A stretch of 41,320 nucleotides of DNA from an uncultured Streptomycetaceae bacterium. Its GTDB lineage: Bacteria; Pseudomonadota; Gammaproteobacteria; Burkholderiales; SG8-41. This document shows, in pieces, positions 35,631 through 41,320 of this stretch (position 1 is its first letter; every line of letters begins with the position of its first letter). Under the pieces are notes generated by a model. The model saw only the letters and a program-made list of their open reading frames with translations, searched no databases and was not told where the DNA came from. The stretch covers positions 1-41,320 of the forward strand of contig CAYSRR010000002.1 in assembly GCA_964433375.1 (NCBI GenBank), given 5' to 3'. The translations under genes were made by a program, and so were the position numbers.

Positions 35631-37340
35631 GTGAGCGCGGCGACCGGCGCTGCCCGCATGGTCGGGATGCACCCGGAGTGGTGGCTCGGGCTCATGCTGC
35701 TCGCGCTGCACGCCTCGCTCGCCTGGGGGATCGCCGACTGGTGGCCGCGCGCGTTCCTGCTGGCGCATATCGGGCTGTTCCTGCTGTGGCAGCCGGTGTG
35801 GCGGGGCGAGCGCGACATCGAATCGCGCTATGCGTTCCTGGTGGTGATCGTCGGCTTCCTGCTGGCGGCGTGGACCAACTGGTGGCTGATGGCGGTGTGG
35901 CTCGCCGTGCTGTTCGGGCTGATCGGCGGCTCGGTCCCCGGCATCACCGAGCGGCGGCAGCGGCTGGTTTCGATGCTGGCCGCGCTCTACCTGCTGTCGA
36001 TGCTGCTGACCTGGGTCGTGCCGCACCTGTTTCCCGGCCAGGTGCTCGAGGACGCGCTGGTGCTGCTGGTGCGCTACGTCCTGCCCCTGCTGCCGGTCGC
36101 CATCCTGCTGATCCGGGTCGAGACCGGGCGCACGTCGGCGCCGGTCGCGGTGGACCTGTTCTACAGCGTGATCCTGTTCCTGCTGGTCGTCGCGCTGGTG
36201 CTGGGCAGCTTCGTGGTCAAGCAGTTGAGCCACGACAGTTACCCGCTGGCGCTCGCCCAGACGCTGTTCGCGATCGCGTTGCTGCTGATCGCGCTGTCCT
36301 GGCTGTGGGATCCCCGCGGCGGATTTTCCGGCATCGGGCATGTCCTTTCCCGTTACCTGATGAGCCTGGGGTTGCCGTTCGAGCAATGGATCAAGCGGCT
36401 GGCCGAAATCGCGGAGCAGGAAACGCAGCCGCAGCGGTTCCTGGCCCTCGCGCTGCAGCACATCCTCGACCTGCCGTGGGTGACCGGGCTCGAATGGGAG
36501 GCGCGGCTGGGGCGCGGCGAGCACGGCGTCAAGTCGGGCTATTCCGCCGAGTTCTGGTTCCAGGACCTGCGGCTGAAAATCTACACGCGCTGGTCGCTGT
36601 CGCCGGCCGTGCTGTTGCACCTGAAGCTGCTGACGCAGATGGTCGGCCACTTTTACGAAGCCAAGCGCCGCGAGCAGATCCAGCGCCAGAGCGCCTACAC
36701 GCAGGCGATCTACGAGACCGGCGCGCGGCTGACCCACGACGTGAAGAACCTGCTGCAGTCGCTGCGCTCGCTGTGCTCGGCGGTGGAGACCAGCGGCCCC
36801 GACCAAGCGGACGCGCTGCAGACCCTGATGCAGCGGCAACTGCCGCAGATCACCCAGCGCCTCAACGCGACGCTCGAGAAGCTGCGCTCGCCCGAGCAGG
36901 CGGACGTTACCCGGGTGGAGGCGGCGGTGTGGTGGGAGGGGCTGATCCAGCGTTACAACGGCCGCAGCATCCAGTTCCAGGTGGACGGGGCGCCCGCGCG
37001 CGACCTCAAGCTGCCCTCGGAACTCTTCGACGGCGTCGCGGACAACCTGATCGAGAACGCGCTCAACAAGTCGGTGGGCGGCGTCCGGCTGCAGGTGCGG
37101 GTGACTTTTTCGTCGGCGCGGGGCGGCACGCTCACCGTGTGCGACAACGGCGCCGCCATCGCGCAGGGCACGAAGGAGCAGTTGTTCGAGGCGCCGGTGC
37201 AGTCGCAGACCGGGCTGGGCGTGGCGCTGTACCAGTCGGCGAAGCAGGCGGAGCAGATCGGCTACCGGCTCTCGCTCGCCGCCAACGAGCCGGGCATGGT
37301 GTGCTTCGTGCTGACGCGGGAGGGGGAAGGGGTTGGCTAA
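35631..37340 (+). CDS. Orphan multi-TM sensor histidine kinase (PrsK-like H-box)
   Basis: An N-terminal region of ~260 aa with ~8 TM segments. H-box LTHDVKNLLQSL, N-box NLIENALNK, G-boxes CDNG and GLGVALYQ. No response regulator adjacent. An alternative ATG start exists at 35658. Confidence 0.8.
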   Translation: MSAATGAARMVGMHPEWWLGLMLLALHASLAWGIADWWPRAFLLAHIGLFLLWQPVWRGERDIESRYAFLVVIVGFLLAAWTNWWLMAVWLAVLFGLIGGSVPGITERRQRLVSMLAALYLLSMLLTWVVPHLFPGQVLEDALVLLVRYVLPLLPVAILLIRVETGRTSAPVAVDLFYSVILFLLVVALVLGSFVVKQLSHDSYPLALAQTLFAIALLLIALSWLWDPRGGFSGIGHVLSRYLMSLGLPFEQWIKRLAEIAEQETQPQRFLALALQHILDLPWVTGLEWEARLGRGEHGVKSGYSAEFWFQDLRLKIYTRWSLSPAVLLHLKLLTQMVGHFYEAKRREQIQRQSAYTQAIYETGARLTHDVKNLLQSLRSLCSAVETSGPDQADALQTLMQRQLPQITQRLNATLEKLRSPEQADVTRVEAAVWWEGLIQRYNGRSIQFQVDGAPARDLKLPSELFDGVADNLIENALNKSVGGVRLQVRVTFSSARGGTLTVCDNGAAIAQGTKEQLFEAPVQSQTGLGVALYQSAKQAEQIGYRLSLAANEPGMVCFVLTREGEGVG

Positions 37341-37397
37341 TGATGAATTTTGAATGATGAATGATGAATGGTGAATGGTGAATGGTGAATGGTGAAT
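37341..37397. repeat. GATGAAT/GGTGAAT tandem tract starting at the kinase stop codon
   Basis: tgatgaattttgaatgatgaatgatgaatggtgaatggtgaatggtgaatggtgaatc. Confidence 0.8.
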
Positions 37398-37454
37398 CAA
37401 AACCGTTAGCTCTATCTCGATGCAACTTCGAACTCCATTCGCTTGCCAAACCTG

Positions 37455-37486
37455 AGGTGGGTATATATCATTGGGATATATCACCT
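37455..37486. promoter_or_regulatory. Candidate vapBC operator/promoter (two ATATATCA boxes within AGGTG...CACCT)
   Basis: aggtgggtATATATCAttgggATATATCAcct, 20 nt upstream of the vapB GTG. Confidence 0.3.
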
Positions 37487-37505
37487 GACTTGAAGGAAGC
37501 AGCCC

Positions 37506-37739
37506 GTGGATATTGCAAAAATCTTCATGACCGGCCGCAGCCAGGCCGTGCGCCTGCCCAAGGAGTACCGCTTCGAGGGTGACGAGGTGCTGATCAAGCG
37601 CGTCGGCGACGCCGTGGTGCTGCTGCCCCGCGCGCATTCATGGGACACGCTGTTTCAAAGCCTCGAGCAGTTCGAACCCGGCTTCAAGCTGGAACGCAGG
37701 CAACCGAAGGCCCAACAGAAGCGTGCACGGCTGAAGTGA
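37506..37739 (+). CDS. vapB: VapB antitoxin (AbrB/SpoVT fold)
   Basis: [36 protein letters not shown]. Confidence 0.85.
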   Translation: MDIAKIFMTGRSQAVRLPKEYRFEGDEVLIKRVGDAVVLLPRAHSWDTLFQSLEQFEPGFKLERRQPKAQQKRARLK

Positions 37740-38131
37740 AGTACCTGCTCGATACCGATATCTGCATTTACATCATCAACGAGCGCCCCAGGCAGGTGCT
37801 CGACCGTTTCCGGAAGCATGCGGTCGGGGATTTGGGCATTTCCACCATCACCGCCTCGGAACTCGCGTTCGGCGTCGCGAAAAGCGGCTCCGCGAGGAAT
37901 CGGGCGGCCCTGGAAGGTTTCATGCTGCCGCTCGAAGTGGCGCAGTACGATCTGAGCGCCGCGCTGATTTATGGCGAGATCCGCGCCGGGCTGGAACGCG
38001 GCGGCAGAACGATTGGTCCGCTGGATATGCTCATCGCGGCCCACTCGCTCAGCCTCGGCGTGACACTCGTGACGAACAATGAAAAGGAATTCCGCCGCGT
38101 GGCGGGATTGCGTTGCGAGAATTGGACGTAG
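37736..38131 (+). CDS. vapC: VapC PIN-domain toxin
   Basis: GTGA overlap with vap[11 protein letters not shown] ... ITASEL ... DMLIAAHSL ... TNNEKEF gives the PIN acidic residues. Confidence 0.88.
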   Translation: MKYLLDTDICIYIINERPRQVLDRFRKHAVGDLGISTITASELAFGVAKSGSARNRAALEGFMLPLEVAQYDLSAALIYGEIRAGLERGGRTIGPLDMLIAAHSLSLGVTLVTNNEKEFRRVAGLRCENWT

Positions 38132-38167
38132 GTTCCTGACACCTTTTACGCCGATCGGGAGGCGGTC

Positions 38168-38551
38168 ATGGAAGTCGTGAACAGTTGGCTGAAGGTGCTG
38201 CAGCAATGGGCGACCTATTTCTCCTATTGCATCGAGCAGCCGATCCAGGCGCCGGTGTGCAAGCCGTTCTGGACGTGGGCCATGGTCGGGCTGTTCGCCG
38301 TCGGCGTCCTGACCGCCGTCGTGATCGTCTGGAAGATCGTTTCCTACAAGTTCAAGCTCGCCGCCGCCCTCCGGGCGCAGGCGGAACGCGATCGCGTCGA
38401 CCACGATGCGATCGAGGCCGGCAAATGGGATGGCGACAAGGCCTACAGCGCGGAACTGGGGGGCGAGGAAGTCGAGCGGCGCATCCGCGAAGTGGTCAAC
38501 CGGCGGCATCTCGACGCTGCCGGCAAGAAGGACGGGCTGAACATCGTGTAA
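38168..38551 (+). CDS. Hypothetical single-TM protein
   Basis: 127 aa. GGGAGG RBS. TM segment WAMVGLFAVGVLTAVVIVW followed by a charged C-terminal tail. Confidence 0.5.
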   Translation: MEVVNSWLKVLQQWATYFSYCIEQPIQAPVCKPFWTWAMVGLFAVGVLTAVVIVWKIVSYKFKLAAALRAQAERDRVDHDAIEAGKWDGDKAYSAELGGEEVERRIREVVNRRHLDAAGKKDGLNIV

Positions 38552-38555
38552 CCGC

Positions 38556-38610
38556 GGCCAGTTGTCAGCCGCCAGTCATCAGCCGTCAGCGTTGCCAACT
38601 GCCGGTCAAG
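38556..38610. repeat. GTCAGCCG-type simple-repeat tract between convergent genes
   Basis: ccagttgtcagccgccagtcatcagccgtcagcgttgccaactgccggtcaag. cagttg and caactg are inverted. Confidence 0.65.
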
Positions 38611-38647
38611 CACAGGATCGAGAGTTGGACTCCGGAAGCGAGCAGAT

Positions 38648-39868
38648 TTAATCTGGCTTTTCCGGGAAAAGACCCGGCATCCACCGGGAAGCGAAAGCGG
38701 CAGGAAAGGCGAGCCTGAGAGGTGCTCTCGTCGAATCGGACGCGAATGCGCCTCGTTGGAGCAACTCGCTGGTGACGCGCCTTGCCGTCCGCTCCGGAAT
38801 GCCGAGCAAGCCTGCAACGTCTCCGCGCGGCAACTCTCCGCGATAGAGAACGGCCTCCAGTAGCTGGCCGGCACGCTGCGGCAGCTTGCCAAGCCTGATT
38901 TCCTCTTCCGCCCAGACCAGCAGGCGGGTTCGCAATCTGTCCGGCTGCATCAAGCCTTCCATGAACGTCACCTGGTCAAGGCACGTTTCGAGAAAGTACT
39001 TCGTGAATTCGGCCAGGGCCTCTTCGCTGAGACTGCCCCGCCCGTCCAGATCATTGCGGCGCGGCAAGTCACAATTCGCCAGTAATTCCTTGTAGCGGGT
39101 GACGCTACGCGCGAGGCCGCGCGCGACCGACCACACGCCACCCGTATCGAGCTGTTGGAGAAACTGTGCGTGCGACATGAGCCGCGCAACGCGGCCATTA
39201 CCGTCGAGAAACGGGTGGATCCACAGCAAGCGGTGATGCATTGACGCGGTGGCAAGTATGGCTTCCGCCTTGCCCAGCCGGCTGAATACTTCTTCATATC
39301 GCCGCATGAAGCGCGGAACGGCGCCCGGACTGACGGGAACCAGCCCGCCGACTTTGACGTCCCGCTCACGAAGCTTACCCGGCTCGATGCGAATCTTCTC
39401 GTTTCGGTCCTTGTCCACCGCCCATAGCAATTCATCGGGCAGCCGATCGCAGAAACGCTTGTGAATCTCGCAAGCCGCCTCCAAGGCGGCGGTCCGTCCG
39501 TTCAGCCCGCCACCGTCTATCCACTCCTGAACGGCGATATGCGCCCTGGCCTCGAGTTGCAGATTCCGCTTCTTCTCGTCGTCGCTGTAATCGTTCTTGA
39601 GAGCGCGCTCGATATCGATCGGGTGGGTGTCGTGCCCCTCGATGAGGTTGCTGTAGTAGCAGTTCATGGCGCGCACCAATTGCGCCAGCGCCGTCAGTAC
39701 GCCCGGCGGCAGACTCCTGCGGAAACCGGACGCTCGTGCGGCAAGTTCCACGGACAGGTCTGACAAGGCAGGTCTATGCCTGGAGCCTTCCGAAATCAGA
39801 AGGGGTTCCATGCTGCTGATATGCTCGCCCCTGTCCGCGACCGCTTGTTTGGCCGGTTCTTTATTCAT
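38648..39868 (-). CDS. Fic family protein (AMPylase-type) with N-terminal inhibitory motif and C-terminal wHTH-like region
   Basis: Fic motif HPFLDGNGRVARL. N-terminal SNLIEG fits S/TxxxE(G/N). 406 aa. Confidence 0.88.
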   Translation of the reverse strand: MNKEPAKQAVADRGEHISSMEPLLISEGSRHRPALSDLSVELAARASGFRRSLPPGVLTALAQLVRAMNCYYSNLIEGHDTHPIDIERALKNDYSDDEKKRNLQLEARAHIAVQEWIDGGGLNGRTAALEAACEIHKRFCDRLPDELLWAVDKDRNEKIRIEPGKLRERDVKVGGLVPVSPGAVPRFMRRYEEVFSRLGKAEAILATASMHHRLLWIHPFLDGNGRVARLMSHAQFLQQLDTGGVWSVARGLARSVTRYKELLANCDLPRRNDLDGRGSLSEEALAEFTKYFLETCLDQVTFMEGLMQPDRLRTRLLVWAEEEIRLGKLPQRAGQLLEAVLYRGELPRGDVAGLLGIPERTARRVTSELLQRGAFASDSTRAPLRLAFPAAFASRWMPGLFPEKPD

Positions 39869-40167
39869 ATTATATAAATATAATCAAGTATATATAATTA
39901 ATTAATCTATATAAACGCCGATAAATTGGCCGGTTTATTGGCCATATTAGTGCTCAAAGGAAAAAAGGGCAAGAAAAAACCCAGCCTTTCGGAAGGGGCC
40001 TTGGTGCCGCAGAACCTCAGGATCCCGGTGTCTGACCCTTAGAGCGCCTAACGAAATGAACGGGTGAGCTATCGCCGGGACACAACGTACAGGCATCCCA
40101 CCTTCCAGCTTGGGGCAATTGCACCATGGGCGTATAATAAGGATTCCTTACTAAAAGGAATACAGAT

Positions 40168-40392
40168 ATGCTGGCCAAGCTGACCTCCAAGAACCAGCTC
40201 ACTTTGCCCAAGGCGGTCGTGAGCCAGTTTCCGGGTGCGCGCTATTTCGAGGTGCGCGCCGAGAGCGGCCGCATCGTGCTGGTGCCGGCGAAGGTGACGA
40301 GCCTCGAAGGCGTCTGGAGCAAGATCGAGTCGCTCGGCATCACCGAGAAGGACGTCGAAGGCGCTGTGCGGTGGGCGAGAAAGCGGAAATAG
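40168..40392 (+). CDS. AbrB/MazE/SpoVT family antitoxin
   Basis: MLAKLTSKNQLTLPKAVV... is a SpoVT-AbrB swapped-hairpin signature. A TATAAT box at ~40131 lies upstream. Confidence 0.8.
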   Translation: MLAKLTSKNQLTLPKAVVSQFPGARYFEVRAESGRIVLVPAKVTSLEGVWSKIESLGITEKDVEGAVRWARKRK

Positions 40393-40820
40393 CCCGCCCG
40401 CGGCGCGTCGTGCTCGATACCAACGTCGCGGTGTCGGCCCTCGTGTTCCGCGAGGGGCGGCTCGCCTGGCTGCGGGAGGCGTGGGCGGCCGGACGCATCG
40501 TGCCCCTTGTGTCCGCGGAGACGGTGGCGGAACTGGTACGCGTGCTTGCCTATCCGAAGTTCAAGCTGTCGGAGGACGAGACCAAGAACGTGCTCGCGCA
40601 CTACATGGAGCGTGCCGAAGCCGTGCCGGAGGCCGGTGAAACCGTCCGGGTCCCGGAGTGCCGTGACCCCGACGACGGGAAGTTCCTGCGGCTGGCCTAC
40701 GCAGCCGGGGCGGATGCCCTGGTGACCGGCGACGGGGATCTGCTCGCGCTGGCGGGCAGATCGCGCGTGCCCATCCTCACGCCGGAAGCACTGAAAGGGG
40801 GACTGGGGACACGGTCTTGA
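40371..40820 (+). CDS. PIN-domain toxin (TIGR00305-like)
   Basis: VVLDTNVAVSAL ... CRDPDDGKFLRLA ... LVTGDGDLL. GTG start overlaps the antitoxin by 22 nt. Confidence 0.8.
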   Translation: MGEKAEIARPRRVVLDTNVAVSALVFREGRLAWLREAWAAGRIVPLVSAETVAELVRVLAYPKFKLSEDETKNVLAHYMERAEAVPEAGETVRVPECRDPDDGKFLRLAYAAGADALVTGDGDLLALAGRSRVPILTPEALKGGLGTRS

Positions 40821-40860
40821 AGAAGCGCAAGGGCGTTGTCGACTGACGCCCGTGATGTCA

Positions 40861-40906
40861 AAAAGGTGTCAGGAACCTTTTCGAAAGGGTTCCTGACACC
40901 TTTTTT
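40861..40906. terminator. Bidirectional terminator hairpin between the PIN toxin and higA
   Basis: aaaaggtgtcaggaacc ttttcgaaag ggttcctgacacctttttt. Confidence 0.7.
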
Positions 40907-40933
40907 ACTACTAGTGCAGCTGGCCTGCGGCGG

Positions 40934-41308
40934 TCAGGCCGCCCGTCGCCTGTCGGGTTGCCTGATCAGGGATTCGGCGGGGATGCCCAGATCGTCATGC
41001 AGCCGCTGGATCATGGCGAGCGTCAGCGGACGCTTGCGGTTCAGGACTTCGTACACGCGATTGATCCGGCCGATCATCGGCACCAGGTCCTTCGGAGTCA
41101 TGCCCTTTTGCTCCATGCGGAACTTGATCGCCTCGACCGGATCGGGCAGATCGAAGCGGTAGTGCCTGTTCTCGTACGCTTCGACGAGTGTAACCAGCAC
41201 GTCCAGGCGCTCGCCCTCGGGTGAGTTGGGCTCCGCTGTCATCAGCGTCTCGATCTCCTTCAGCGCGGCGCGATGGTCCGCTTTGGTCTTGATTGGCCTG
41301 ATTTCCAT
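40934..41308 (-). CDS. higA: HigA-type antitoxin (XRE HTH at C-terminus)
   Basis: IKTKADHRAALKEIETLM...VEAYE plus HTH region MTPKDLVPMIGRINRVYEVLNRKRPLTLAMIQRL. A TGA at 41313-41315 (minus strand), 4 nt upstream of the ATG, suggests a truncated upstream partner (higB?) at the window edge. Confidence 0.75.
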   Translation of the reverse strand: MEIRPIKTKADHRAALKEIETLMTAEPNSPEGERLDVLVTLVEAYENRHYRFDLPDPVEAIKFRMEQKGMTPKDLVPMIGRINRVYEVLNRKRPLTLAMIQRLHDDLGIPAESLIRQPDRRRAA

Positions 41309-41320
41309 ATCGTCACCTGT

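Noticed and set aside
35535-37637. Upstream two-thirds of the 957-aa minus-strand ORF 34764..37637
   Set aside because: It is antisense to a kinase with clear H, N and G boxes. Only the last 256 codons (34764-35534), starting at MDSRIATIARY, look like a real membrane protein.

Overview
GC-rich proteobacterial chromosome segment; the gene order looks beta- or gammaproteobacterial. About 30 kb is conserved housekeeping DNA: glrK-qseG-glrR, spoT-rpoZ-gmk-yicC, rph-rdgB-hemW, trmB-thiG-thiS, tRNA-Gly, asmA, mutY, and the block kdsD-kdsC-lptC-lptA-lptB-rpoN-hpf-ptsN-hprK-rapZ. The right-hand ~11 kb (30.0-41.3 kb) is accessory. It holds several toxin-antitoxin modules (two BrnTA-like loci with one decayed, a zeta-like ATPase, VapBC, Fic, AbrB-PIN, HigA). 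It also holds an orphan sigma54-dependent pilin-like gene and a cluster made of an orphan multi-TM histidine kinase, an ATPase-less ABC-2-type permease and an unknown membrane protein. Five signals are not explained by ordinary annotation. (1) At least 16 intergenic hairpin elements have stems built from short tandem repeats; they start at or on stop codons, sometimes sit inside operons, and are nested once. (2) Two GTGAGG-type copies are translated in the same frame inside hemW, one as an internal ~31-aa insertion and one supplying the N-terminus. (3) A parDE cassette lies between two ~46-nt, ~95% identical inverted arms of such an element. (4) A strong sigma54 promoter preceded by TGTC-N10-GACA boxes lies downstream of glrKR and drives a glycine-zipper membrane protein. 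(5) Direct repeats of ~135 bp with a 27-nt core present four times delimit the TA cassettes. All family calls rest on motif recognition from the translations; no database search was possible.
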